Notes: a model not told the origin generated them from the sequence alone. Shown: positions 1 through 12,575, numbered from the stretch's first letter. The stretch: 64,000 nt of DNA from Marsupella aquatica (GCA_973895155.1 OZ316892.1:29890932-29954931); one strand, 5' to 3'. Made by a program: numbers and translations.

Positions 1-810
1 CCTGGGAAAAAAACTGTTGTGTTACATAGCTATTGTATATCAAAAATATTATTTAAACAAAATACACAAAATAAAACACATCAACTTTGCTCAAGCGGTT
101 AATTTAGTGTATTGAAGTTTGTAAGATACCAAGTGCAATCCTTCAGAGTTGGTCAAACCTGTCAAAAACATTTGGTATTTAATCACTAGCGAGCCCCATG
201 GCTTGCTTTGCTTGGTTTGGCTGGCACCTTCTCTACTATCTCGGTCACTTCCCTTCAGATGGACACGTACTTTTGATTAGGAAAAAATAAACCCACCTGT
301 TCAGAGAATGTGTCTAGTGTCTGCAAAGGTAGCATTTGCGCCTGGAAGGCCACTAACAGTCCGTCTCCACATAGTTGAGTGAGCCAAGTTCTACTGGACA
401 AAAAGCTCCTCGTTGTTGGCACACAATCAAATTAGTGCTCGAGAAGTCAGTGGAGACTTTTTCTTTCACCCCCAAAGTCATATCGATAACTAAAAATATC
501 CATGAAAATGTAGTTTGAATAATTTATTTAATTTTTGAAAGGTATGCAATATATAATTCAATTTCCTACCCATTCTTTCTTCTCCTCTCCTCACTATCTG
601 CCACAACCTCTCTTCTCTTCTCCCAACCTTGAAACTAGGCACTAATAAACCCTATCACCGGGAGCAACCGTGGCAGGGACAGAATTAAGGACGAAAGCCA
701 ATCTCGAGGATAATTAATGCTAATCCGCATTAATTACCCCGTCAGTGCTGCCCACTGCCCGTATGTACTGCGTCTCGATTTAGGATAAATACCTGGAGCA
801 AAAGAATGTT

Positions 811-960
811 GTCACAAATTGTGGAGAGACTCAATGGTAGCACAGCTTAGTTAGGGATCAGGAGGTCCCAGGTTTGAGACCAGTTGTGGCAAAGAATGCT
901 TTTCTACATTCACCCCACCCAAAAAGTGGGGATCATTCACGCTACTAACATTAAAAAAAA
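811..960 (+). mobile_element. Degenerate tRNA-derived SINE-like element
   Basis: A-box-like ctcaatggtag (~830-840) and B-box-like GGTTTGAGACC (871-881). gtcacaa (811-817) and ttgtggc (884-890) can pair as an acceptor-like stem. Short A-run ends at 960. Confidence 0.45.
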
Positions 961-1981
961 TGTTTTTTTGGCAGCTTGCTCACAGGATTAATGTTACTCA
1001 ACATTATATTGGCAGGAGATCTTCTCGCCATGACATAAATGGTATTCTTATTCCCTTCTCTCGTTTGGATCCTCTTTGGTGGTGTAAGCGGTGTGACGGA
1101 GAGGCTCATGAGGATATTATACACTGTCAATGGACATGTACTGAATCTCAACAGATATGGGGATGGATTGCCAGGGTGATGGGCAGTGCTATGATTCTTC
1201 AACCCTCGGGGGTGTCTTTCGGTGCTGTGCAGGCGATTCTTGGTGCTCAGATTCTGGAACTAGTCGTGGCTTTCCTTGTAAACTATGGCATTTGATCCGG
1301 GGCCTCTCCAACTGGCATCTGTGAAAAGCCAGATGTTTCTCTGGAAAAAGAGGAGATCCATGTTTCGATCATTGGGATTCAGATTAAAATCTGGAGGGAG
1401 ATACGTCTTTATCTCATGATAGCTTGGTCTCAAGGACGTCTACGACATAGGGCTGCTGGCCGAAGTCTCCAAGAACTTAAAGGATGCAAGATCAGAGATT
1501 TTGGTAGAGATGGTGACTTATTTAGTATTATTGAGGAGTCAATCATTGTTGAGTATGAGCCATTGTGGGCTTTCGACCCGCCCTGAATTGTATTCAGGTT
1601 CCACTTTTGGCTTTAGGGATCAGTTTTGATTTCTTTGGCGGTAGGATCTTAGTCTATGGATGGCCTGTCCTGTCTTTGAGATTGGCGCCTTTATGCAGAT
1701 GTTTAGTCCCTAGTTTTATCACTAGGTCTCTTCCTGCATTTTTTGGCTGAGTGTGCCCTCATTTCTGCTCTGCTCCTTGTTTTAGTTAGGTGGGCCTCGT
1801 AGTTGGTGCCTTTCACCTTTTCCTTTTTGCCCTGTCCACTTGGCCGAATATGTTTGGTCTGTGCGTGACTTTTTGGCTTGTGACCTTGTTTTGGTCTGGC
1901 CAGGTTTACTCCCGTTTTTATTGGGTTTTGCTTTTCACATAAGTAAAGTACTCATTTCAAGAAAAAAAGAAAAAGAAAAAA
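961..1981 (+). mobile_element. 5'-truncated non-LTR (L1-like LINE) fragment: zf-RVT region, 3' UTR and A-rich tail
   Basis: ORF 960-1295 reads FFWQLAHRINVT...WCKRCDGEAHEDIIHCQWTCTESQQIWGWI, the C-x2-C...H-x3-C..W pattern of the LINE ORF2 C-terminal zinc finger. It is followed by a T-rich UTR and the tail aagaaaaaaagaaaaagaaaaaa (~1959-1981). Confidence 0.75.
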
Positions 1982-2169
1982 TATGTAAAAGGGCGGGCAG
2001 TAGGCGTGGGCAGGTGTGTACCGAGGCTCTTAATGAGCCTCGAGATTGCCTTTCGTCGTAAATGGGATAGAGGGCGAGGTGCACCATACTGACGATGTGA
2101 GGTGGCAAGGAGGGAGCAGTAAGTACCAGCCCTCATTGATCGCTCATGAGACACGGTGAGGCAAGGCAT

Positions 2170-2510
2170 TGGGATTTGGGAACATTCAGGAGCTTATGAG
2201 GCATGGTGGGGTCCATTATGAGGCACAGCGGGGAGGGCAAGGCGTTGGGAGCATTCGGGAGGAGGGGTTCCATTATGAGGCAAGGAGGGAGGTTCATTAT
2301 GATGGCTCACAAGTCTAAGCAAAGCAAGGCGAGGGAGGAGCGAGGGCAGTGGGCAGGCATACCATAGGCCGTGGGCAGGCGTACTGTGGGCAGAGTCGGA
2401 GGCATCAGGACTGAGGGAATACAGGCCGCAGGGGCAAGGCAGCGCGAGCAATGGCATTGGGAGCAAGAGATAGGATTGTCTAGCGTGGGAGGCTTCACGA
2501 GGGAGGATGG
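2170..2510. repeat. GA-rich degenerate short tandem repeats (ccattatgaggca / gggagg units)
   Basis: ttatgaggca / ccattatgaggca recurs at ~2195, 2213, 2270 and, degenerately, 2294. Confidence 0.5.
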
Positions 2511-3576
2511 TTAAGCAATCAAGCAGTTACTGAAATTCTCCCAAACGATCAAACGGTCTTGAATGATTCCCGCCCATAATGCTGTTCATAACAGGACAAA
2601 TGACAAAAATTGGCGGCATTGTCTGTTATAGTTGTAGATTCCCAAACTATAGAAGCGCGGGTTCTAGCATGTTTACAATCTATCTATCCGTTTGTAGGGG
2701 AAGCAGAATTGACAAGCAAGCACCCATCTGGTTTGCCAGGACTAAGATGTAAGAATCCAAGCAAATATTATCATCTTACTATAATAATATCATCTTATCC
2801 ATAATATCAATTACAAGCAAATAATCTCATCTCTAAAACATCTTTTTGTATATTTTCCCAAAAGATCAATGTCCTCTAATTTCAAGATAATAGATGTGTG
2901 AAAACATTACAGTATCTTTGCGAAACAGAGTTCATTTTGTTTTTGACCATCAAGTCAACTACTGGAGGTGTTATAACTACAATATGTCTACTGTAGTCAC
3001 AATTCCATTCACCACAAAGGCCTTATAAGGTCCCTACAGACCTATATAACATAAATATACCTTACTTTTCTTCTCTTCTTAGTGAACTCTGGAAAACAGG
3101 TCACAGGCTGGAGGGAGAAGGTTATTGGGAGAATCAACCCAAACTTGCCATCATTCCTGATTTAAGGACATGGTACTCTTTTTCTTCTTTTCTTTTTAAA
3201 AACACATTTATATGTCAGTATGAGTCCAATAGTCCATCAAGGTCTCACAGTCAAACCATTGGTGCTTGAGAACCAACTTATACCCCCGGCTTGAAGTTCC
3301 GACTTCTTACTAAACAGTTTCAGTTGCTTTTACATTTCATGCGTGTCAATCCCTTCTCAAATGTCTTACACTCTATGCAAGAGCAGAAGAATGAGCAATT
3401 TGAAAGGATGAGCAACTTGCCAGACTAAATGGGTAGAAACGGAGGCAACCGTGCCAAAGGCGCAGAAAATTTCACAGCAGAATGAATGTATGTCATGTGA
3501 CTCTGGGTTATACTGTAATTTTCAGCTTGCAAATTCTATGTTCATACTCGCATGTCGGTTGATTTGCTGGCGGTTG

Positions 3577-3838
3577 AATACAAAGTTTCGAGTTTAAAGA
3601 AAACTGGGTACAAGTCCGTTCAAGAGATTACAGTATATCCCTCAACAGGATTCATTTTATTCACATGCGGCGGTCGAATAAAAAGTCTCGATTTAAATAA
3701 TACTGGGTACAATCCGATTCAAGAGATTACAGCACAACTAACTATCACTGGAACTGATTCATCGAGTACAAAAGTCCCGATTTGAAGAACATTCAGTACA
3801 AGTCAATCAAGAGATTTACACTACAACCCTCAATAAGG
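3577..3838. repeat. Three degenerate ~90-100 bp tandem copies in the AKR 3' region
   Basis: aa(a)gt..cga.tt.aa..a.act.ggtacaa...tcaagagatt(t)aca recurs at ~3577, ~3677 and ~3765. Confidence 0.6.
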
Positions 3839-3844
3839 AGTTCG

Positions 3845-5636
3845 TCACTCTTCACTGTCGTCAAAGAACTCCTCGTAAGTCTTGTATTGACCCTTGTAAA
3901 TAAATGTACTTGCAACGAATTTTTGCTGCTTTTTTATTCCCTTGATTTTCTCCAAGTCTTCCTCGTCCAGGGACCAGCTAAAGATATCAGCATTTTGAGC
4001 CAATCTCTTTTCATTATAACTTTTACCCACGACACTTGCTCCTTGTTCTATAATCCAGCGCAGTGAAATCTGCCAGCCATGACTTCGGGTTAGCATTACC
4101 AGCTCCTTTCAACAGAAAATTTGCAATCATTGTCGATATAAATAGCAGCAGGTATCGAGTATTCCAACGAGGTAAAACTCACCTGCGCTGTCGACTTTCC
4201 GTGTTTGGCAGCTATCTCTGTCAGAACTGGATTTTCCAAAACACTATTGCTTGGGTCGCTATAAATTTGTCCAGGGGCTCCAAAAGGTGAATATGCAGTC
4301 ACATGAATCCCTTTTCTCTTGCAGTAGTCTAACAGCTTCTTTTGCTGAAAAAGTGGGTGCAACTCAACCTGTAATGCAGGGCACAGTCAGATAACCCAGA
4401 ACCTTCTGTCTTCGATATTCGCTCGATTTGTCAAGTTCAGACGTGTATGTTCTCCTCAACAATATAGAAGAGGGGGCACAAAAAAATCGAATGAAGCGGA
4501 GTCTGGGAGGCATTAAAGTGGAGCACAATAAATGAAGGCAACATAATAGACATCTAAGATTCGGTTTTTCAGATTTCACTCAAGGAAACAAGAGGATCGT
4601 CAATTTTGTCTCACTAACCCCTTCGTGAAAGAGTGTCTAGCTTCGAAAATTCAGATGTGCTCACGTGTGGATCAGAACACTTGTCACCAAATGAATTTTG
4701 GGAAAACATTCAAAAAGTGCTCTATTGAAGGAACAAACCTGATTAACAGCAGGAACACTTCCCGTAAGAGCAAACATCTCTTGCAGCCTCTTTACACTAA
4801 AATTGCTGACTCCAATCGCCTTTGTCAAACCTTGTTCTTTCAGCTTTTCCATTTCCAACCAGACTCCTTTGAGGTCTAAGGGAAGGACATCCTCTTCTTT
4901 TAAGTTCTCAGTGTCGGCCTCTGGTCGTGTTCTAAGTGGAAAATGTATCAAGTATAAGTCCACATACTCCAACCCGAGGTTTTCAAGGCTCTTGTGAAAG
5001 GCAGCGGGAACTTGTTCTGGGCTCATATCAGTCACCCAAATTTTGCTTGTCACAAACACATCTTCTCGTTTCAAAAGTCCAGTGTTGAAAGCCTCATGAA
5101 GACATTTTCCTAGCAGTGCCTCTGTTTGATACTTAGATGCAGTATCGAAATGCCTATATCCAGCCTGCCATAGCAATCGATTACATACATTACAAACAGT
5201 ATCCAATTGCCCATACCCCGCCTGCCATACCAATCAATTATATTCATTCCAAACAACATATAATGATTTCAGATGACTATCGTCGTGCACGGCATTTCAA
5301 ATCATGAGCTGACGTACAACACCGATGTTCTCTCCGTATGAAGAACTACTGATTCATCTAAAGGAGCTGGGACGCGTTTTCGTCTGCTCCGTCTCTCGTG
5401 CTGTTTCGATTGTCACAGAGTCTCGGATGGATAATTGCATGGAAGGTCCAAGAAGTAACATACTGTACTAAAATTAATACATATTTGTCAGAAGATTGGT
5501 TGCCTACCTTAAGAGCATTGTGTGTGCCTCTCATCGCTTCCTCATCGGATTCAGAGAATGCAACAGTGCCATTTGCAAGGGCAGGAATCTCCGTGCCCGA
5601 GTTAAGTTTGTACTTAACTTCTCCTGGAATTCCCAT
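3845..5636 (-). CDS. Aldo-keto reductase (plant AKR4-like), 4 exons: 5636-5508, 5164-4739, 4368-4183, 4069-3845; 321 aa
   Basis: Motifs LNSGTEIP, AGYRHFDTASKY (catalytic D,Y), FVTSKIW (K), YLIHFP (H), AIGVSNF, AVNQVELHP and TAYSPFG. All three introns are GT-AG and phase 0, and the frame stays open. Confidence 0.95.
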
Positions 5637-6199
5637 TTCAGAGAACTCTCAACAAAAAACTGGCTGGAATACCTGCATTAGTCCAACCAGTTTGAATCCC
5701 ACTCAAGACATTTATCACATAAATGTAAATAAAGACAGGACTAAAGGTGCATGTCAAAGACCCTAAACATCCCTCCTTGTGGACGAAGTCCCCCAGGGTT
5801 GTCTTCGACCAGATAAAGAAGACAAAGATATTCCCGATGTAGGTGAAACCCGAGGAACTCAGACCAAGAAATTTTAGAGATCCGAATTTCGCATTTCTGT
5901 CAAAGAACTTCGTCACCACACCCTTCAAAAGGAAGAAGTTAATCGAAACTAGGACTAATCGAAACAGGAAGACTAATCAGCTTAGTTCGCTAGCATTATC
6001 AACCGGACTGGCAAGACCTGGGAACGCAGAACAAGAGACAATGCTATCTCGAGAATGTCCATTCTCGAGCGTCACATCCTCTCACAGGTACCAAGTCCGA
6101 GACAGAACACGAGTAACTCCACTCGGCTCCGTTGCTTTACGTGAACTGAATAAACTCCAAACCCCTCGACATTTTCAGCTGAGCAACTGTACTGAACCA

Positions 6200-6690
6200 C
6201 CTACATCAACCCTCCCTTGCAGCAAGCATGACTCTAAAATGCAGGAAGAACCCACCTGTAATGAATCCTTGAATACGAGAATGGTAAAGTCCAATTCGAT
6301 GTGCTCCGCCAAAAGCATTCACGAGAAAGCAGCGACCTGGGATGGAATTAAGTTCTCCAAGGGGCGAGGTCTAGTTATTTAAAGGGGAGACCACACACAG
6401 CACAGGGGGGCAGGGGGACAGGGGTTGGATGGGCGGTTTAGAGGAAGGTTCACAAGGAGCTCACAGGGCATTCACAGGGGTCATGGCGTAACTTCTGAGC
6501 TGCGACAACTTACTGTTCGGAGGTGTGGTTCGGCTGAAGGTTCACACTGCGCATGGGCGTTTTCAAGAAGAAGCCGCCGTTGGAGACTTGGAGTAGCTCG
6601 TTACATTCGGATGAGGTTTTTCAGACGTCACACCTACACCATTGTTGTCCATGCGGATGTCAGCGAATGTCGAGTGAATGTCAAGAGTCG
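6200..6690. repeat. Dispersed repeat copy A, homologous to ~10380-10830
   Basis: Shared blocks gaagaacccacctgt, cacagcacagggg, ggaaggttcaca, agctcacagggca.tcac, ggaggtgtggttc..tgaaggtt and cggatgtcagcga, in the same order and orientation. Confidence 0.75.
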
Positions 6691-7565
6691 TCCAGAATCC
6701 AGACAAGACAGTCTTCACAATCATCCGCCCCCATAATAAAGCCAAATCACCTACTGCACACGCAGTGAGCCGTGTCTAAGTGCAGTAAGCATATATTTTT
6801 ACTATTATATTCAAACGGTCCAGGCATAAATCTTACGCATATATTTTTACTATTATATTCAGACGGTCCATAATCTTACTTATAAAGTATCAACTAGAAA
6901 TTTCTATTTATATTAAAAATGAGCTTTATGGCCCCACCATAGCATATATGCATAGAAAGAAAGATATGTATAGAAAAAAATATGATATGTTATGTATGAT
7001 TATTGAAATGATGACATGGATGATGGTTTTTATTATTTTATTAACCTTAAAAAATGTGAATAAAAAATATATTTTGTTGACACTTTTATTGTCCTCCCCA
7101 CTATTCATGTTCAAAGAACGGGTAGTCGGGGCTAATTGTCAAAAAGCGTCGAACGGGGATACATGAACCCAAAGGCCAGGGAATTGCAAGACTTCCTAAC
7201 TCCATTTTGTGTTGAAAGGAAATGAGGAAGAACTATTAGTAGACTCTCCCCACCCCAATAGTGACATGCATGACATGCATTCAATGTAGGGAACCCATTT
7301 TATGGGTGCATGCATTCATTGTAGGGAACCCATTTCCTGGGTGAGCTCCCACTAATCTGACAAGGACCTGGTCCCCACCCCAATAGTGACATGCATTCAT
7401 TGTAGGGAACCCATTTTAGGTTGAGACCCCGGGATCTGATAGAACCTGCACCAGGAGGGAGAGAGAATTAAGTCAGGGCCAAAAAGTGGGCAACCAGGGG
7501 CTGAGGAGATAATCTGAACTCGCATCCACTACCCACACAACCCATCCCACCACCACACCCCTATG

Positions 7566-7640
7566 TGTGAAGGGGGGGTTGAACCTGGGACCTCTAAGCT
7601 CCAGGCCAATCCCCTAGCCAATTGACCTAAGCCAGCTTGT
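7566..7640 (-). mobile_element. tRNA-like (SINE head) sequence
   Basis: The minus strand reads gcttaggtcaattggctagg...gaggtcccaggttcaacccc, i.e. A-box-like TAGGTCAATTGG and B-box GGTTCAACCCC. No good cloverleaf. Confidence 0.45.
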
Positions 7641-7799
7641 TCTAACTCCACTTTGGGGGGTCTGGATCCCAAAGGGGGAAACCCAACAGGGTATTTCAAA
7701 CCTTCCAAATACCATTTTAGGGGGGGGGCGGCTTCCTCCATCAATTAACTTGATGTTGGTTTACAGTGCGCAACTGTTAGGGGTTGAGTCGCTAAAGAT

Positions 7800-7960
7800 A
7801 GTGGATGCAAGTTTTTTTTTTTTTTTATTTAAGGGGAAATTTGTGAAAGCCGACAGAAAGGGAATAGTCAGTTGCAATAGTTGAACCCAAGACATATCAG
7901 CCTCCACTCAAGTGAGCTACCACAAAGCCATGCCTCCCTGGGCCAGCGGATGCAAGTTTT
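7800..7960 (-). mobile_element. Complete short tRNA-derived SINE (body ~7816-7944) with poly-A tail and 16-bp TSD
   Basis: TSD agtggatgcaagtttt (7800-7815) vs agcggatgcaagtttt (7945-7960), one CpG-type mismatch. T-run 7812-7826 is a minus-strand poly-A. Minus strand has A-box TGGCTTTGTGG and B-box GGTTCAACT. Confidence 0.8.
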
Positions 7961-10379
7961 AATCACCAGCCTGTGGATTGCAAAGGGACCTGGCTTTCTT
8001 TTGAGCCCTTGATTGCATCAAACAGTGGAGAGGAGATGCACAGTCAAGTGAGGTAGAGAAGATTTTCAGTGGAAATTTGTATACTTCTCCTCCACCTTCA
8101 GACGCACTGACAACCATCCTGAGAAATATGCAAATGAAGACTCCTGTGACCTGAAGCCCTTTGGAGGATCTTGTACCCCAAGGCATGGTTTAAGAAATAA
8201 AAGCCACCAAAGGTTCTTTGTACTGGTACATTGGGTAAAATGTAGTACTCTTTTCACCTAGAGTACAATCATGTGTATCAAAGAGCATATCTTACTTCCA
8301 AAAAATATGTCATGTTATTGTCATCTCAATAGTTCACCATAGGGGGGTGGTCTGCTGTGAAATGTAAATCTCACCAAGATCCACATCACTCAAAATTTGC
8401 ATATCTAAAACTAGGGCATCTTTTCAGGAATCACCAATAACTGGTATTAGGGTCCTCTAATGGGAAGTAAGTGGGAGAGCTTGCAGAGGTGTCTGTAGGG
8501 TGGGTCTAGTTTTCATTGAGGCAAATGAACAGTGCTGGGTCACATCGTTACGGGGAAGCATCTCTTTCATTGTGGCAGCTGTGGTTTAGCAAATTAACAG
8601 TGAACACTTTATATTTAGTTGTTACCCAGGATAAATGCACAACATTGTTGAATTGTACTTAATTTCTAGTATTAAAGTTTATGAACTGTTGAGGAATGTT
8701 TGATAAATTGTGAACAAGAAACTCAGATGAACTGGCATGTTGTCTGAAACCCACTGACATTGGACTAAGCAAACCTAAGTGGACTAGAGCCAAACACACA
8801 AATTTGCTTGGATACTGTTGTTTACAGTTGTGTCTAAAAGTATCTTGTAAGTGGCCAAATCACTAGTGACTTCAAGTTTTGCTTCACTCTCCCGGCCACC
8901 TTCTCCCTCCAGCCCATTACTCCAGGCCATCCCATTTTCTTAGAGTTTGATGTGTATGAAGGAAAGAGAAAGTTTAAGGTATATTTGGCTCTTTAAGGAC
9001 CTTATCAGGCTTCCATTCATGGTAAATGGAACTGCGAGTAGAGAGAGCATTTCACATTTTACTCACAGCACCTCAACTTGTTTGCTCAACAATTAAAAAA
9101 AACAACATGAGCTCAATTTCACAAAGGAACTTACTGCGCGCAGTTTTTCAAAATATTGCTCAGATGTTTTGCGAGTGACTCTCAGCTGACTCTACCACTT
9201 GCAGGATATTGTTGCAAATTCTGGTTTTTCAGAGGGTGTTGCTCTTGCTACAAGGAGGGCTAAGTTGAGCATTTTTGCTGTTGCAGGGCTACCAGGGATT
9301 TTACTCTGCGAGAGTGTTGTCATGGAATCCTATTTCCACAGAGCATTACTCTTGTTACATGAGCGCTTTTCAAAGATACATACCAAAAATTCCTTAGTTA
9401 CCATAACTACAAATGCAAGTAAACAGACAATGGACGGGACAATGGAAAACAATTCTATCTTTTACAATCCAATTGCGGTCAGTTTCTTTGATGATTGGGT
9501 GTAAAGCCGGCCTCAGTCTCCCTATCACAATCCATGGGAAGTGGCAGAGAGATAGAACATCTTGATCCATCTGGGTTTTAGCTTTTGACATAACAGCAAC
9601 CTTTATTGTCATTCAACAGAAGGAGTTGGGTTTGGTTGGGCATCTTGTATATGAAAAGATCTCAAAATTGTTTGATCAAAGTTTTGCAACCCAAGAGCCA
9701 TCCTTTCACTTCTTTTTTGTAGGACGTATTATTTTATCTTGTTATTGCAGAGAATACAACCCAAACTTGTCTTGAATCCATAGCTGCAAAACTATCTTGG
9801 ATCCATAGAATTGTTACACCACACAAGGCACCGTCAATGCCCGCTTCAATGATGGATTTGCAGAAGAGACTTAGATGATGATCAAAATGTCTATTAATTT
9901 AGTTTCCACTAAGTGGAATGAGCTGAATGTTTTAGTAGCAATTGAAAATTAGTAGACAAACACTGGTGAGTAAAGTTTGAGAAGCAATGAAGTTCAGGTC
10001 TTGGAATTAAAATTTTGACAGAGATGTGCAGATTGCTTTCCAACAAGAACAAAAGAGCGCCACCATGTCAGGGAATAAACTTAGCTTCAAAAGTAGTGAG
10101 AATGGGAGGCAGGGGAACTTGCCCACCTCGAGCAGCAGTCAAAAGGGAGCCAATTCCAGTTTGTACCTTTTAGTACCCTTCTAATTCTGCATCAATTCTT
10201 CTTGAACATCACAAGGAGAATTCAAAGTTTATGTCAAAATTCCAGCTACAAAAGAATTGATGCAGAGAGTTGAATAATCCCTGACCAAAGCAGAATTACA
10301 GCATGTCAAAACCAGGGACCATAAAGCTCAAGTACTGCAGAGCAAACTGCTAAAAGAGTCTTGCTTTTGTGTTGAAACA

Positions 10380-10830
10380 GACTGAATAATCTCTCAATTC
10401 CTCGACAGCTTCAGCTAACCCATTTGCTTCAATGCATGAACCCACCCTTGCTGCAGGCAAAACTGTAAAATTGAAGAAGAACCCACCTGTGATGGACAAT
10501 TCAGTGTGCTCGACCAAAAGTGTGCAAGAGAGAGTTGGCTAGCAAGGAAATCCAGGCAGCCAATTAAGTTGAGCAATTTGTAGGGGCAAACATGCACAGC
10601 ACAGGGGTGGGATGGGAGCTTGAGTGGAAGGTTCACATGAACTAAGCTCACAGGGCACTCACGGGGAAATTGGTGTCATCCTCAGCTACAACACACCTGT
10701 TTGGAGGTGTGGTTCTGTTGAAGGTTGACTTCACGCTTCAATGAGCTGCCATCACAGAAGCTCCTTATTTTTTGATGAGTTTTTCAGACTTCACATTGAA
10801 ATCATTGTTCTCCATTCGGATGTCAGCGAC
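10380..10830. repeat. Dispersed repeat copy B, homologous to ~6200-6690
   Basis: Same conserved blocks as copy A, direct orientation, about 4.2 kb apart. Confidence 0.75.
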
Positions 10831-10965
10831 AGGCTATGCAATGCAACACACAATCTTCTATGCAAGCGCATGCTCTCGATCAAAAGAACTCAATTCCTTT
10901 GTGCCTTGAAGGACTAAAGTCTTTGTGCAAAGAACTTGACCCTTTTTGCATCAAAAAGTTAAGCC

Positions 10966-11112
10966 TTGGAAAGGACTTAAATCCTTTTCATGCGGAGTGA
11001 TCTCCTTTTGTATGGAAAACTTAAGGCTTGGAAAGGACTTAAATCCTTTTCATGCGGAGTGATCTCCTTTTGTATGAAAAACTTAAGGCTTGGAAAGGAC
11101 TTAAATCCTTTT
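10966..11112. repeat. 62-bp tandem repeat, ~2.4 near-perfect copies, within a wider aaggactt/aaggactc motif field (10870-11220)
   Basis: ttggaaaggacttaaatcctttt starts at 10966, 11028 and 11090. Confidence 0.9.
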
Positions 11113-11859
11113 GCATGGAGGACTCAAGCCCTGAAAAGTACTTAGTTCCCTAATGTGGGAAGGGCTCAAGCCCTAAAAGTACTGGATTCCATTTTGCATG
11201 AAAGAGCCCTGAAAAGGAATTAGTTTGTGGACCCGTCTCCCTATATAGCTATTCCTAGATTCCATGAGAAATAAGTACTTGGAAATATTTTTTAAGTTGT
11301 ATCAAACCCAGTATCAAAGGTAAATGTGTCTTGTGTCATGAGTCCTATGTCACCTATGATTACGTGAACAAAGGATGTGGATCATGGAGCAGCTTGGAAG
11401 ATGAAGGAATTTGGATCTCTATATTAGTGTTCATATTGCTTCCCCATATTTGAATTGCTTGTACCTTCATGGTCATTGAAGCTAAGTGCCTAGAAACTTC
11501 AATCTTGGATCCTTTCCATGTTGAAATTCATTATTTATTCTCGTGTTTATCTCCTACTTGTCTCCAAATCATTGTCTAACTATGAACCCAACCCAAATAT
11601 TCCAATATGGGCCCGAGCGTCATCTCCAGTTTTCATTCCTCTGAGCAATATTTTATGGTAGGTCACTCGGAACTTTGAATTGAGTCCAAATGGTCATCAA
11701 CCCATTTATCAAACTCATGAAAACCAAATGGGTTGAGGCCCATTATCTATTTGGTAATAAGAAAATCTGCCAATGTTAGACTCATTCTCAATGTTTTGAT
11801 TTTCTAAAATGCTTGAAAGTGTTTAGCAGAAAAGGTTTTATTGGGAGATAAGTAGGAAA

Positions 11860-12575
11860 AGAGATTATGATTCACTGAATCCTTCTTGGTTTTCTATGAG
11901 CATCACATTGGTAGCTTGAGTAAAGTACCACGGAGATCATGAGTTTATCAATTTTTCTAGGTTACTCTCCACTAAGTCTCACATTGGCAGATTTTGTCAA
12001 GTACCAAATGAGTTTCTGAAATTGTCTACCTTTCCCATGAGTGTGACCTATAGAGATTTTATCAAGTCCTACAAAGATCATGAGTTCATGAATTCTTCTA
12101 GCTTGTCAACTTTGAGTCCAATATTTATGTCAGATTTTGTCAAGTACGTAAGAAATATATATGTCATGAATCTCTCTAGTTTTGTAAAGTGTGGCATTGA
12201 GAGTTTTGTCAAGTACGTACTAAGGATGTCATGAATCTCTCTAATTTTCTAAAGTGTGACATTGAGAGGTTTTGTCAAGTACTAAAGAGATCATGAGTTT
12301 CTAAATTTCTCTAGTTTTCCAATGAATCTAGTATTGATAAAGTAACAAGGAGATTATGAGTTTTTGAATTTTTCTAGCTTTCCAACAAACTTAACATTGA
12401 TAGATTTTGTCGAGTACTAAGGAGATATATAAGTTCTTAATTTCTCTATATTTTTAGTGAGTGTGACATTGCATTGGGAGATATTATCAAGTAGTGATGA
12501 GTATCTAAATTTCTCTTATTAGCTTTCCAATCTATCTACCTTTGACAAATTTCATCAAGTACTAAGAAGATTGAT
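11860..12575. repeat. Degenerate ~55-70 bp minisatellite (about 10 units)
   Basis: Recurrent gagat(c/t)atgagtt..aattt(c)tctag...acattg..agattttgtcaagtac. Confidence 0.8.

Noticed and set aside
709-738. Perfect 10-bp stem taattaatgc/gcattaatta
   Set aside because: AT-rich, isolated, and with no miRNA-length stem or Helitron CTAG terminus.
811-890. Functional tRNA gene
   Set aside because: D and anticodon arms are poor and the B-box is degenerate. Better explained as SINE-derived. The same applies to 7566-7640.
5760-5930. Gypsy 3' end (LVEDNPG.. followed by purine tract ggaggga and TG on the minus strand)
   Set aside because: Too short and without a matching LTR or upstream pol sequence.
9200-9960. 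Specific transposase assignment (hAT or KDZ-type) for decayed minus-strand frames
   Set aside because: Only vague Cys/His fragments and no catalytic motif I can verify by eye.
11860-12575. Possible decayed leucine-rich-repeat coding region on the minus strand
   Set aside because: Unit lengths vary and are often not multiples of 3, stops recur, and there is no LxxLxLxxN consensus. Treated as a minisatellite.
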